The notes beneath the pieces are model-generated. The model did no database searches. It saw nothing but the letters and a program-made list of their open reading frames with translations, and was not told the origin of the DNA. Source: Clostridia bacterium (GTDB lineage: Bacteria > Bacillota > Clostridia > Christensenellales > UBA1242). Taken from it: DNA of 64,000 nucleotides. Every line of letters starts with the position of its first letter. The first letter of the stretch is position 1. Of the stretch, positions 46,773 through 57,259 are shown in pieces. The position numbers and the translations under genes were made by a program. The DNA lies in assembly GCA_017398655.1 (NCBI GenBank), contig JAFQFI010000055.1:51-64050 (forward strand), given 5' to 3'.

Positions 46773-47354
46773 ATGAGATATATTTTAGCAAGCAAAAGTC
46801 CACGCAGAAAAGAATTACTTGCAACCATAATAAAAGATTTTGAAGTTAAAGAAAGTAATTTTGATGAAGATAGTTTAAAATACAAAAATCCAAGAAAATT
46901 GGTGTGTGAACTTGCAAAAGGCAAAGCAAGAGCAATATTTGAAAAAGAAACAGGAGAAAGATGTGTTATTGGTGCTGACTCAGTTGTAGTTATAGACAAC
47001 AAAGTTTTGGGTAAACCAAAAGATGAAGAAGATGCTAAAAAAATGCTTAAAATGTTAAGGGGCAGAAAACACAAAGTTTTAACTGGAGTTTGTGTAATGG
47101 CTACTGAAGATGACGAAAATGCTGTAACTGCTTCTTTTGTGTGTTCTACAACTGTTTTGTTTAGATACATAGAAAATGAAGAAATTGATGAATATGTTGC
47201 TACAAAAGAACCAATGGATAAGGCCGGTAGTTATGCTATTCAAGGGTATGCAGGCAAATTTGTTCAAAAGATTTCTGGTTCGTTCCACAATATAGTAGGG
47301 CTTCCAACAGCACATTTATATACTGTTTTAAAAAACGAAGATTTGCTTAAATAA
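46773..47354 (+). CDS. maf: Maf-family nucleoside triphosphate pyrophosphatase
   Basis: ILASKSPRRKELL, GADSVV, AGSYAIQG motifs. Confidence 0.9.
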   Translation: MRYILASKSPRRKELLATIIKDFEVKESNFDEDSLKYKNPRKLVCELAKGKARAIFEKETGERCVIGADSVVVIDNKVLGKPKDEEDAKKMLKMLRGRKHKVLTGVCVMATEDDENAVTASFVCSTTVLFRYIENEEIDEYVATKEPMDKAGSYAIQGYAGKFVQKISGSFHNIVGLPTAHLYTVLKNEDLLK

Positions 47355-47464
47355 ATTAAAAAAATAAAAATAGGCGTTATTTAACAAAAAATAGCGTCTA
47401 TTTTTTATTGTAAAAAACCAAAAAAAAGGACTTTGGTTTTTGCCAAAGCCCTCTTTTTTATTTT

Positions 47465-47776
47465 TTAAAATAATGTTGTAAAGTTTGCCCAAGTTCCTGG
47501 GAAGAATTGGAAAATAATTACAATTGCAAGTAAGATGATAAAAATTAATTTGAGAATAAATCCTTTTTTTACAACTGCTTCAAGACCAACAACGGCAACA
47601 ACTGCAAGAGAAGCATAATTCTTAGCAACAAGTAAAATGTTGAAGAATGTTCCTTGAGGGATAAATGTCCATGTTGCATTAACAATTAATACTGCATATA
47701 AAGCAACTGTAACAAAAGCCAAAATTTCGCCGAGGGTGTCAAGAATTTTTTCTAAACCTTCATTTTTATTAGCCAT
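47465..47776 (-). CDS. Small membrane protein (3 TM helices)
   Basis: The ATG at 47776 has GGAG 9 nt upstream. A strong terminator follows on the minus strand (GGCTTTGG/CCAAAGTCC plus T8). Confidence 0.55.
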   Translation of the reverse strand: MANKNEGLEKILDTLGEILAFVTVALYAVLIVNATWTFIPQGTFFNILLVAKNYASLAVVAVVGLEAVVKKGFILKLIFIILLAIVIIFQFFPGTWANFTTLF

Positions 47777-47986
47777 TTGCAAAATCTCCTTTTAATATTA
47801 GCTTACAAATATTTTATCATAGTAATTTATGATAAGTCAAAAATTATAGTTAAAAAATTTATTTTTTAATTAGTTAGTTTAGCACAAATAAATTTGCGTT
47901 AATTGTTTTGAAATACTTATAATGTTTGTTAAAATATTACATAAACTAATGTATAAATATTATTATTTTATAAAAGGGAAATTAGT

Positions 47987-49753
47987 ATGAATAAAAAAAC
48001 TAAAGTTTTAACATTTTTATTGCTAATTATTAGTTTTTGCTTTTGTTCTGTTTTTGGTGCAAATGTTTTTGGCAATCAAAAAGTATATGCAGCATCAAAT
48101 GATGTTCCAGAAATAAATGCAACAACATATGAAGATATTTATGAAATGGATACTTCTTTGTATAATATTTTAAAAGTATTATCAAAAGCATTAAATAATG
48201 GGGCAGCAACACCGGGGTTTTATGCAGATACTTTTAGCAATAGATATAAAGATGCTGTTGTTGTAGATTCTCCAGACGGACAAAAATTGGTTGAAGATTT
48301 AAACAATGGTTTATTAGATTTAACTGTTGGTGTTAATGCAAGATACACTTGTTTAATAAATTATGATGTATCTCCTATTAAAGACATTTCTGGCTTAAAC
48401 AGTTTAGATTTAAGAAATATAAAAACTTTGGTATTAAATAACAATAAAATTACTACTATTAACAGAACAGACCTTAGTTCTTTAACAAATATGGTTACTT
48501 TAAAAGCAGAAAATTGTGGTTTAACATCTGTTGAAATTAACCCAGATTTAAATACAATTCATGAATTGTGTTTATCTTCTAATAAATTAAGTGAAATTAA
48601 TTTAACTGGTTTAAATTTATTGGCTTCTGAAAGACCAAAAGTAGATTTATCAAATAATGAATTTTCTGCAATTTCTAATATTGATTTTCCTACATCAAAA
48701 TTATCAAAACTTGATTTATCTTTTAATAATTTAGAAGAAGTAGATTTTAATAAACTTAATACTGACCATATGTATAATGGTGCTAAAGCAGATATTTTAT
48801 TGCAAGGCGTTAAAGGGTTAAATAACCTTGTTGCTGGTCAAGAAATTATTGTTTATCAAAGTGAAAAGTTAAACAACTTAAATGTTAGAATTTCTTATGC
48901 AGAAAATAGTTTGTTTTATGTTGACGGTGAAGATAATTTAATTTGTCAAACTTTAGGTGTAGAAGATGTTGAAACAATTAAAGTTCCTGCTGGTAAAATT
49001 TTAATAGAGTTTTATAGTGGAGATACTTTAATTAATGCAGAAAACTTTCCATCTTTAGACCAAACAACAGTTAATAAGCTTGCATCAAAAAGTTGTTCTG
49101 TAGTTTTGCCTGCACCAACATATAGTGCATATGTAAATGACAAAAAGGTTGAAAGTTTAAGTCAATCTGAAACAATTAAAGTTGTTTTTGATTTTAGCAA
49201 CATATCAACTTTACCAAATTATAATGATATTGTTTCTTCTGAAAATAAAGCAATTATATATTCTAAAAACTCAAAGGGTAATACTTTATTTTCTCCAAAT
49301 TCTTCTTTAGTATTTGATACTAATGGAGAGTATACCTGTTCTGCATACATTAAGTTTGATGGTCTACAAAGTTCTACAACTTCTTTAGATATTGTTAGAC
49401 AAGATTTTAAATCTATAACAATTGGTATTGTGCTTATTGTTATTGTTATTGTTGTTGTGGGTGCAGTTTACTTTATTACAAAGTGGATAAGAGATGGTGC
49501 AACTATTGCTCCTTTAACCGATAAAGAAATTTACAATATGAAGAGACGCCAAGAAAGAAAAATGGGTTATACAAGAGAAGATTTTATTTCTAACTTAGAT
49601 AAACCTCGTCATGACGAAAGGGTAACTAATAAGGGATATAGCGACAACAATATGTTGGAAGATTTAAACGAACAACCTAAAGATTATAGCGTATCAAGTG
49701 ATGATAATGACGAACCAATTGTAATTGATACAAATATTGACGATATAAAATAA
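47987..49753 (+). CDS. Leucine-rich-repeat (internalin-like) surface protein with a C-terminal TM anchor and cytoplasmic tail
   Basis: Signal peptide. About 22-residue LRRs (LxxLxLxxNxIxxI: LDLRNIKTLVLNNNKITTI, LSKLDLSFNNLEEV). TM helix ITIGIVLIVIVIVVVGAVYFI. Confidence 0.8.
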   Translation: MNKKTKVLTFLLLIISFCFCSVFGANVFGNQKVYAASNDVPEINATTYEDIYEMDTSLYNILKVLSKALNNGAATPGFYADTFSNRYKDAVVVDSPDGQKLVEDLNNGLLDLTVGVNARYTCLINYDVSPIKDISGLNSLDLRNIKTLVLNNNKITTINRTDLSSLTNMVTLKAENCGLTSVEINPDLNTIHELCLSSNKLSEINLTGLNLLASERPKVDLSNNEFSAISNIDFPTSKLSKLDLSFNNLEEVDFNKLNTDHMYNGAKADILLQGVKGLNNLVAGQEIIVYQSEKLNNLNVRISYAENSLFYVDGEDNLICQTLGVEDVETIKVPAGKILIEFYSGDTLINAENFPSLDQTTVNKLASKSCSVVLPAPTYSAYVNDKKVESLSQSETIKVVFDFSNISTLPNYNDIVSSENKAIIYSKNSKGNTLFSPNSSLVFDTNGEYTCSAYIKFDGLQSSTTSLDIVRQDFKSITIGIVLIVIVIVVVGAVYFITKWIRDGATIAPLTDKEIYNMKRRQERKMGYTREDFISNLDKPRHDERVTNKGYSDNNMLEDLNEQPKDYSVSSDDNDEPIVIDTNIDDIK

Positions 49754-49766
49754 TAAGGATTATTTA

Positions 49767-50576
49767 ATGGCAAAAGAAAATAAAGAAAAAAAAGTTGTTG
49801 TTATAACAGGTGCATCAAGTGGTATTGGTTTATCAACAGCAAAATATTTTGCAAATAATGGCTATATAGTTTATGGCTTAGCAAGAAGAGTTTTTAAAGA
49901 AGATAATATAATATCAATTTCTTGTGATGTAACAGATAAACAACAAGTAAAAGATGCCATTGAAAAAATATTTAAACAAGAAAATAAAATTGATGTTTTA
50001 ATAAATAATGCTGGTTTTGGTATTTCTGGTTCTGTTGAAAACCAAAGTTTAGAAGAAATTGAAAAAATATTTAAAGTTAATTTTATTGGGGCAGTTAATA
50101 CAACTCAAGAAGTTTTGCCTATAATGCGTAATCAAGGTTATGGTAAAATTTTAAATACAAGTTCGGTTGCTGGAATTTTTCCAATACCTTTTCAATCATT
50201 TTATTCTGCAACAAAAGCATCTCTTGATATTTGGGCAAAAGCTTTAAGAATGGAAGTAAAGCCATATAATATAAAAATTTGCAATCTTTTAGTTGGAGAT
50301 ACAAAAACGGGCTTTACTGCTGTTAGAGAAAAAAATACAGCAGACAAAGGAACGGTGTATGAAGAAACTGTAGAAAGGTCTATAGCAAAAATGGAAAGAG
50401 ACGAACAAAAAGGAAAAGACCCAATAACTGTTGCAAAGTTAATGTTTAAAATGGCAAACAAAAAAAATGTTCCTGCTACAAAAACGGTTGGCTTTGGCTA
50501 TAAAACATTAGTATTTTTAGAAAAAATATTGCCACAATCTTTAATGCTTTGGATTGTAAGTAAATTATATTCTTAA
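49767..50576 (+). CDS. Short-chain dehydrogenase/reductase (SDR)
   Basis: TGASSGIG cofactor motif and the YSATKAS catalytic motif. Confidence 0.9.
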   Translation: MAKENKEKKVVVITGASSGIGLSTAKYFANNGYIVYGLARRVFKEDNIISISCDVTDKQQVKDAIEKIFKQENKIDVLINNAGFGISGSVENQSLEEIEKIFKVNFIGAVNTTQEVLPIMRNQGYGKILNTSSVAGIFPIPFQSFYSATKASLDIWAKALRMEVKPYNIKICNLLVGDTKTGFTAVREKNTADKGTVYEETVERSIAKMERDEQKGKDPITVAKLMFKMANKKNVPATKTVGFGYKTLVFLEKILPQSLMLWIVSKLYS

Positions 50577-50738
50577 AATAAAATAAAAACAAAAAAAGTT
50601 ATACACAAAAAGACAAAAAAATGTGTATAACTTTTATTTTTTAAAATCGTTAAATTTGTTTATATAAAAGTAAAATACAAAATTTTAATTGGTTAAAAAA
50701 TAAAGAAAAAAACTACCAAAACCGGTAGTTTTTTTTAA

Positions 50739-52307
50739 TTAGTTATTTTTAATATATTCATCATAAGTAATATATTTATCGTAATCTTTTTTGTTATTAA
50801 TTTTAATAATTCTGTTTGCAACAGTTTCGGTTAACTCTTGGTCGCTTGAAGCAAAAAGTAAAACACCTTTAAAACTTTGCATACCTTTGTTAAGTGCTGT
50901 AATACTTTCAAGGTCTAAGTGGTTTGTAGGTTCGTCTAACAAAACAACATTGCCTTGTTCAAGCATTATTTTTGAAAGCATACATCTAACTTTTTCGCCA
51001 CCACTTAAAACATTTGATGGTTTTAATGCTTCTTGTCCAGAAAATAACATTCTGCCAAGCCAACTTCTAATAAAAGTTGTATCTTTTTCTTTACTAAATT
51101 GAGCAAGCCACTCTGTAAGATTTAGGTCTTGTTTAAACAAATCGTTATATTCTTTTGGAAGGTAAGAGTAAGTTATTGTTTTGCCCCATTTAACTGAGCC
51201 GGTGTAATCTTTATCTTTGCCAGAAAGAATATTAAACAAAACAGAAATTGTGTTACTATTATCGCTTAAAAATGCAATTTTATCATCTTTATTTACTGTA
51301 AAACTTACCTTTTCAAAAAAGCCCGGCTTTGAAAGATTTTCAACCATTAAAATATCGTTGCCAATTTGTCTTTCATAGTTAAAGGCAATATATGGGTATT
51401 TACGAGATGATGGTTTAATATCTTCAATTGTAAGTTTTTCCAACTCTTTTTTACGGCTGGTTGCTTGTTTGCTTTTACTTGCGTTTGCAGCAAATCTTGC
51501 AATAAAATCTTGCAATTCTTTTGCTCTTGCTTCTGCTTTTTTATTTGCTTCTTTTTGTTGTCTTAAAATAAGTTGGCTGGTTTCGTACCAGAAATCATAG
51601 TTTCCAACAAAAATTGAAATTTTGCCATAGTCAACATCACAAATGTGTGTGCAAACTTTGTTTAAGAAGTGACGGTTGTGAGATACAGTAATAACTGTGT
51701 TTTCATAATTAAGTAAAAAGTTTTCAAGCCAAGCAATTGTTTTTACATCTAAGTTGTTTGTAGGTTCGTCAAGAAGTAATATGTCTGGGTTGCCAAATAA
51801 TGCTTGAGCAAGCAACACTTTAACTTTTAACTTGCTGTCTAAATCTTTCATAAGGGTTTGGTAGTAGCAACTGTCAATGCCAATATCTGCAAGCAAACTT
51901 TCTGCATTGCCTTCGGCTTCCCAACCATCAAGGTCGGCAAATTCTTGCTCTAACTCACTTGCTAAAATTCCGTCTGCTTCTGTAAAATCTTCTTTCATAT
52001 ACAAAGCGTCTTTTTGGTCCCAAACTTCCATTAAGCGTTTGTGACCTAATAAAACAGTACGCAAAACAGTTTCGTTATCAAAAGCGTTTTGGTTTTGTTG
52101 CAAAACAGACATTCTTTCGTTTTTATCTAAAACAATTTCGCCTTTAGTAGTTTCAAGTTCGCCAGATAAAAGTTTTAAAAAGGTTGATTTGCCAGCACCA
52201 TTAGCACCAATAACACCATAGCAGTTGCCTTTAGTAAATTTTAAGTTAACATCACTAAACAGTTTTCTGCTTCCAAAATTTAAAGATACATTAATTACTT
52301 GTAACAT
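50739..52307 (-). CDS. ABC-F family ATPase (two ABC domains, no TM domain)
   Basis: Walker A GANGAGKST. LSGGEKVR signature. Charged inter-domain linker (RQQKEANKKAEARAKELQ). Confidence 0.9.
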   Translation of the reverse strand: MLQVINVSLNFGSRKLFSDVNLKFTKGNCYGVIGANGAGKSTFLKLLSGELETTKGEIVLDKNERMSVLQQNQNAFDNETVLRTVLLGHKRLMEVWDQKDALYMKEDFTEADGILASELEQEFADLDGWEAEGNAESLLADIGIDSCYYQTLMKDLDSKLKVKVLLAQALFGNPDILLLDEPTNNLDVKTIAWLENFLLNYENTVITVSHNRHFLNKVCTHICDVDYGKISIFVGNYDFWYETSQLILRQQKEANKKAEARAKELQDFIARFAANASKSKQATSRKKELEKLTIEDIKPSSRKYPYIAFNYERQIGNDILMVENLSKPGFFEKVSFTVNKDDKIAFLSDNSNTISVLFNILSGKDKDYTGSVKWGKTITYSYLPKEYNDLFKQDLNLTEWLAQFSKEKDTTFIRSWLGRMLFSGQEALKPSNVLSGGEKVRCMLSKIMLEQGNVVLLDEPTNHLDLESITALNKGMQSFKGVLLFASSDQELTETVANRIIKINNKKDYDKYITYDEYIKNN

Positions 52308-52502
52308 TTTTTATTTTCCTTTTAGTAAGTTAAATACTACACTATATTTTTGTTATAGTCAAATTAATAAGTTTTGAAAGGTTTTAAGTTAATAAAAAAA
52401 TCTCTTAAAAAAGAGATTTTTATTTATTACTAATTATAGTATATCATAATTACAAATATAAAACAATATTAAAATAGATAAATCCTTTTATTTAATTGGA
52501 CA

Positions 52503-52994
52503 TTATAACTTTTTATTTGCGTTAAATTCTTTTAAGATATTTAAGTTATTTATGCTTATATTTTTTAAGTTGATTAAAGTTTTTAACACTTTTTCTTTTT
52601 TTATTTTTGTAATATAAATAGAGTAATTATCTATTAATCTTGTTAAAAAGTTTATATCTATTTGCAAAACTTTATTAATATCGGTATCGAATTGCAACCA
52701 AAATGCTGTTAAAGGGGAGTGCTGTGAATTTAAGTAAAAAGGTAATCCGTTTTCTTTTAAAATAAGAGAACCTAATTGTTTGCTATTTTCTAAATGTTGC
52801 TTAGAAAAATTATCAAGTATTTTTGTTAATTCTTTATTTTTTAAAGTTAAACTTTGGTAGTTAAATAACAAAAAGGCAGAAAATTCTGATTGGCAACTGC
52901 AATACAAATTTTGCAACATTCCAAGCAGATATTTTCCACCTTTTTTTTGATTTGTTAATTTATTTAAATTTAAAATTTCTTTATCATATACCAT
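52503..52994 (-). CDS. Hypothetical four-helix-bundle (ferritin-like?) protein
   Basis: The helical periodicity and spacing resemble ferritin-like proteins, but most expected E/H metal ligands are not evident. No clear SD. Confidence 0.3.
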   Translation of the reverse strand: MVYDKEILNLNKLTNQKKGGKYLLGMLQNLYCSCQSEFSAFLLFNYQSLTLKNKELTKILDNFSKQHLENSKQLGSLILKENGLPFYLNSQHSPLTAFWLQFDTDINKVLQIDINFLTRLIDNYSIYITKIKKEKVLKTLINLKNISINNLNILKEFNANKKL

Positions 52995-53044
52995 ATTTAA
53001 ATGTATATGATACTTAAATTGCTTTATGTTAACTAAATTTAAAA

Positions 53045-53470
53045 TTAATTAAATTTTTTAAGAACAACACTTACTTTGCCCATATCAACTTTACCAGCAT
53101 AGTTTGCTTTAAAAAATTTCATTATGTTTGGTATAGATTTGTCTTCTTGCTTTGAAATAATATCAGCAATTTCATCTTCACTAAGCATTTGTGGTAAGTA
53201 TTTTTCAATAATTGCTTTTTGTTTTTCAACTTCTTCGGCTTGTTCTGTTTTGCCTGCTGTTTTATAACTTTGTGCTTCGTCGCTAAGTTCTTTAATTGTT
53301 TTTTGCAAAATTTGTGTCATATCAGCATCTGTTAACTCTTCATTTTTTTCTCTTTTCTTAACAGTTTCAAGCATAGCTTTTGTCATTACAACAGAGTAGA
53401 TTGCTCTTGCTGTTTGATTTTTTTCTTTTAATGCAGTTATGTTTGCTTTTTTTATTTCGTCTAAAATCAT
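53045..53470 (-). CDS. GatB/YqeY domain protein
   Basis: Typical N-terminus (MILDEIKKANITALKEKNQTARAIYS) and C-terminus (KANYAGKVDMGKVSVVLK). Confidence 0.85.
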   Translation of the reverse strand: MILDEIKKANITALKEKNQTARAIYSVVMTKAMLETVKKREKNEELTDADMTQILQKTIKELSDEAQSYKTAGKTEQAEEVEKQKAIIEKYLPQMLSEDEIADIISKQEDKSIPNIMKFFKANYAGKVDMGKVSVVLKKFN

Positions 53471-53742
53471 AAGATTTTCTCCCTTTATTTAATATTTTTA
53501 TTTTGAAATTTTTTATTTAAAATGTCAATTAAATTAAAACTATAATAGCAATTATATTAGTTATTGTTAATTATTTTATAATATGATTGACTTAAAAATT
53601 TTAAAAAGGTAAAATTTTATTGTATTTATAATGGCTTATTTTATGTGTTTATTAAAATTAATAATAATTTTTATTAAAGGTAAGTTTATAAATATAAAAA
53701 TACACAAATATACATACTAACTTGTGTATAAAAAGGGTTAAT

Positions 53743-55188
53743 ATGAAAAATATAAAAAAGATTTTATTTTTAGTAATAATTGCTTTAATCTGCCCAATTT
53801 TTGTTATGGCATGTGGGGAAGAAAAGTATGAAGATATTCCTTTTACTTCTTCTTCATTAACCGGTCAGGAAGTTGTTTCTACTGTAGACACTGCAAGAAC
53901 TCTTATGATAACTGGATTAGAGTTAAGAACAAAAATAGAAACTGTTAATACATATAAATTTACTAAAACAACTAAAAGTGATGATGTTTTAGAAAACAAA
54001 ACAATAAAAGATGTAATAACAACAACGGTAGGAAATGAAAAATCTAATCCTGCAGTTAGTTCTATAGAAAAAACAAGATATGTAAACGATAAAAAAGTTT
54101 TTAAAGAATTAAAAACATTTGTAAGACAAACAACTACAGGAAATGATGGCTATATTTCTTATTGCTATACTTTAACCGAAACATATAGTGAAGATGGTGA
54201 TGTTTCTGTAAAAAACAGAGAAGAATATGATAGTGGTTATTATGATTTTGCAACATTATTTAATAGTGCTATTGTAACTGCAAAGGCAAATGAAATTGAT
54301 GTTGTTTCACAAAAAAGTTTTCAAGGAACAACTTATTATCGTCTTGAAAGTAAATTAAAGGGTTATGAAGTTGTAAGTGATAGATTTGAAAAAAATTTAA
54401 ATATTTATACAAATCCAGAATTATTTGCTTCACTTGCTCCAGAATATGATGCTCCAATGCCTTTTATGTATGAATATGGTATAAATGGCTCTGGTTATAT
54501 TTCTTATGCAAGAGTTAACTACCATGTTATTAATAGTGATAGAGAAGATTATTTAAGTGTAGATTCTGTGTCTCGAGTAGTGGGCTATGGCGACGCTCTT
54601 TCTCCATTAAAAGAGCCAAGCAATATTGATGATTATACTGCAGAAACTTTTATGAATATTTTAAATCAAGAAAAATCTTACATTGTATACAGAAAAAACG
54701 GTTTAGAAGCAAATGAGTATTATGATACAACTGTTATTAAAATTGGAAAAACAAATCCTGATTATAGCGTTAAAGTAGAAAAATATGTTGCTGGTTCTGT
54801 TACTTCAACTATGTATTATTATGTAAAATATGAAGAAAGTTCTTCATCAAACTATAAATCTTATATTTTAGAAGATTATCCAACAAAAACAATTTATAAA
54901 GAATGTGATTATGTTTTAGATTTGTTAGATTATAATTTTGCTTTATCTTTTAGCAAAGAAAATACTCAAAATGGTATTTATCATTTTGGTGACGCTACAA
55001 CATATATTAAAGTAAGTTTAACAAACAACGAAATTAGTAAAATATCAACTATAAAAGGAGATATTTCTTTAGAATTAGATATTCATGGTTATGGTAAAAA
55101 TGTAGAGCCATTACATATGCCAACTTCGCTTAATGGTTTTACTTTTGTTGAGCCAGAACCTGATTCAGGAGAGGGAGAAGGAGCTTAA
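53743..55188 (+). CDS. Lipoprotein of unknown function
   Basis: Start moved to the ATG at 53743. Signal peptide with lipobox VMAC|GE. Y/T-rich beta-type sequence. Acidic C-terminus. Confidence 0.6.
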   Translation: MKNIKKILFLVIIALICPIFVMACGEEKYEDIPFTSSSLTGQEVVSTVDTARTLMITGLELRTKIETVNTYKFTKTTKSDDVLENKTIKDVITTTVGNEKSNPAVSSIEKTRYVNDKKVFKELKTFVRQTTTGNDGYISYCYTLTETYSEDGDVSVKNREEYDSGYYDFATLFNSAIVTAKANEIDVVSQKSFQGTTYYRLESKLKGYEVVSDRFEKNLNIYTNPELFASLAPEYDAPMPFMYEYGINGSGYISYARVNYHVINSDREDYLSVDSVSRVVGYGDALSPLKEPSNIDDYTAETFMNILNQEKSYIVYRKNGLEANEYYDTTVIKIGKTNPDYSVKVEKYVAGSVTSTMYYYVKYEESSSSNYKSYILEDYPTKTIYKECDYVLDLLDYNFALSFSKENTQNGIYHFGDATTYIKVSLTNNEISKISTIKGDISLELDIHGYGKNVEPLHMPTSLNGFTFVEPEPDSGEGEGA

Positions 55189-55193
55189 TAATA

Positions 55194-56090
55194 GTGAATT
55201 TAGTGGTTTTAGCTGCCGGTTTGGGCAGCAGATTTGGAGGGCTTAAACAAATTGAGCCCATAGATGATTATGGCAATTTTATTATAGATTATTCTATATA
55301 TGACGCAATACAAGCTGGCTTTGATTCTGTAACCTTTATTATTAAAAGAGAAAATTATAGTGCTTTTAGAGAAACAATTGGTAAAAGAATTGAAGATAAA
55401 ATAAAAGTAAATTATGCTTTTCAAGATTTAAATTCTTATATCCCTGATGGTTTAAACTTAGAAAATAGACAAAGACCATGGGGAACGGCTCATGCTATAC
55501 TTTGTGCAAAACAAGTGGTAGATGATGATTTTGCTGTAATTAATGCAGATGATTTTTATGGCAGAGAATCTTATGTAAAAGTATATAATTATTTAAAAAA
55601 TAAAAAAAATAAAGATGACTTTGCTCTTATTGGATATAAAGTAGGTAATACTTTAACGGAAAATGGTGCAGTTAAGCGTGGTTTTTGTCATATAGAAAAT
55701 GGAGATTTAAAAGGATTTACAGAAAGTTCTTTTGAAGTTATTAACGGAAAAATTTATAGAAGACCTCTTGATGAAGAAAAAACAATTGAGGTTTCTAAAT
55801 CTGATTTGGTATCTATGAATTTATTTGGGTTTACACCAAAGTTGTTTGATTTTTTAGAAAATGGGTTTGAAGAGTTTTTAGAAAAAAACAAAAACGATTT
55901 ATCTTCTTGTGAGTTTTTTATTCCAACTATTTTAACAAAATATATTAAAAACAACTGTGGCAAAATTAAAGTAATTGACACTGATGAAAAATGGTACGGA
56001 ATAACATATAAACAAGATAAAAATTCTGTTTGCAAAGGTATTAAAAATTTAGTAGATTTAGGTTTTTATCCAAAGAATCTTTGGAAATAA
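55194..56090 (+). CDS. Sugar-phosphate nucleotidyltransferase-family protein (copy 1)
   Basis: GTG start 5 nt after the lipoprotein stop, with a GGAGAAGGAG RBS. LAAGLGSRFGG, PWGTAHA and INADDFYG motifs. Confidence 0.75.
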   Translation: MNLVVLAAGLGSRFGGLKQIEPIDDYGNFIIDYSIYDAIQAGFDSVTFIIKRENYSAFRETIGKRIEDKIKVNYAFQDLNSYIPDGLNLENRQRPWGTAHAILCAKQVVDDDFAVINADDFYGRESYVKVYNYLKNKKNKDDFALIGYKVGNTLTENGAVKRGFCHIENGDLKGFTESSFEVINGKIYRRPLDEEKTIEVSKSDLVSMNLFGFTPKLFDFLENGFEEFLEKNKNDLSSCEFFIPTILTKYIKNNCGKIKVIDTDEKWYGITYKQDKNSVCKGIKNLVDLGFYPKNLWK

Positions 56091-56174
56091 TACAAAAACT
56101 TGATAAAATATTAAAGTAAGGTATAATATACATAATAAGTTTTTCAAAACTTATGTTAAGGGGGAAAATAAAAA

Positions 56175-57131
56175 ATGGCAGAAACAAATGATAAAACTTT
56201 AGTTATTATGGCTGCTGGTATGGGTAGTAGATTTGGTGGTTCAAAACAAACAGCAAAAGTTGATGACAATGGCAGTTTTATTTTAGATTATTCTATATAT
56301 GATGCAAAACAAGCTGGATTTAATAAAGTTGTTTTAATTATTAAAGAGCAAGATAGAGAACTTTTTGATAGTACAATTACAAAAAGAGCTGGTGGAGATA
56401 TTGATTTGCAATATGTTTATCAAAGTATGGACAAATTTGCTCCAGTTGTTCCAGAGGGTAGAACAAAACCTTGGGGAACAGCACACGCAGTACTTTGTGC
56501 AAAAGATGCTGTACAAGGCAATTTTGCAATTGTAAATGCAGATGACTTATATGGAAGGGCTGCTTTTGAAACAGCAGCACATTTTATGGATAATAATGTT
56601 GCTACTAATAACTATGGTTTTGTTGCATACCAAGTAGGTAACACATTAACAGAAAATGGTGCAGTTAAGCGTGGCGTTTGTGGTGTAGAAAATGGTCAAC
56701 TTACAGAAATGATTGAAAGTACTATTGAAAGAGTAAATGGTCAAATTGTAGCAACTCCACTTGCAGGAGGAGATGCTTTTAAATTAAATGATGATCACCC
56801 TGTTTCTATGAATATGATTTGTATGCATTCAGATTTCTTCCCATATCTTGAAAATTATTTTACAGATAGATTTATGTCTTCTAATGCAGAAGATTTAGCT
56901 AAGGGAGAAAACTCTAAGTGTGAGTGTTTAATTCAAGATGTTTTAATGGCTCAAGCAAATGAAGGAGGAGCAACTATTCAAGTTGATTCTACTACTGCAG
57001 AGTGGCATGGCGTTACTTATAAACCAGATTTACCGGGCCTTGTTTCTTACATAAAAGAAGCTGTTGAAGGTGGAGTATACCCAGCACAATTATGGTCTAA
57101 TACTCAACAAGCAACACCTGTTGAAGAATAA
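56175..57131 (+). CDS. Sugar-phosphate nucleotidyltransferase-family protein (copy 2, tandem paralog)
   Basis: MAAGMGSRFGG, PWGTAHA and VNADDLYG. Alignable along its length with copy 1. Confidence 0.75.
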   Translation: MAETNDKTLVIMAAGMGSRFGGSKQTAKVDDNGSFILDYSIYDAKQAGFNKVVLIIKEQDRELFDSTITKRAGGDIDLQYVYQSMDKFAPVVPEGRTKPWGTAHAVLCAKDAVQGNFAIVNADDLYGRAAFETAAHFMDNNVATNNYGFVAYQVGNTLTENGAVKRGVCGVENGQLTEMIESTIERVNGQIVATPLAGGDAFKLNDDHPVSMNMICMHSDFFPYLENYFTDRFMSSNAEDLAKGENSKCECLIQDVLMAQANEGGATIQVDSTTAEWHGVTYKPDLPGLVSYIKEAVEGGVYPAQLWSNTQQATPVEE

Positions 57132-57259
57132 TTTTTAATTTGTATTTTTAAAGGGCAAAAATAATAAAAATTTTGCCCTTTTTATATGTTTTTGTTGTCT
57201 TTTTTTGTTTTGTTATTTAAACTATAAAAATTAAATACAATTAAATTAATGAGGAAGAA

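Noticed and set aside
53587-53632. Multiple overlapping promoter-like matches (TTGACT-17-TAAAAT, TATAAT at 53627) far upstream of the lipoprotein gene, suggesting a long regulatory leader.
   Set aside because: In DNA this AT-rich, -10 and -35-like hexamers occur frequently by chance. I see no conserved structure in the putative 120-nt leader, so I did not annotate them as features.
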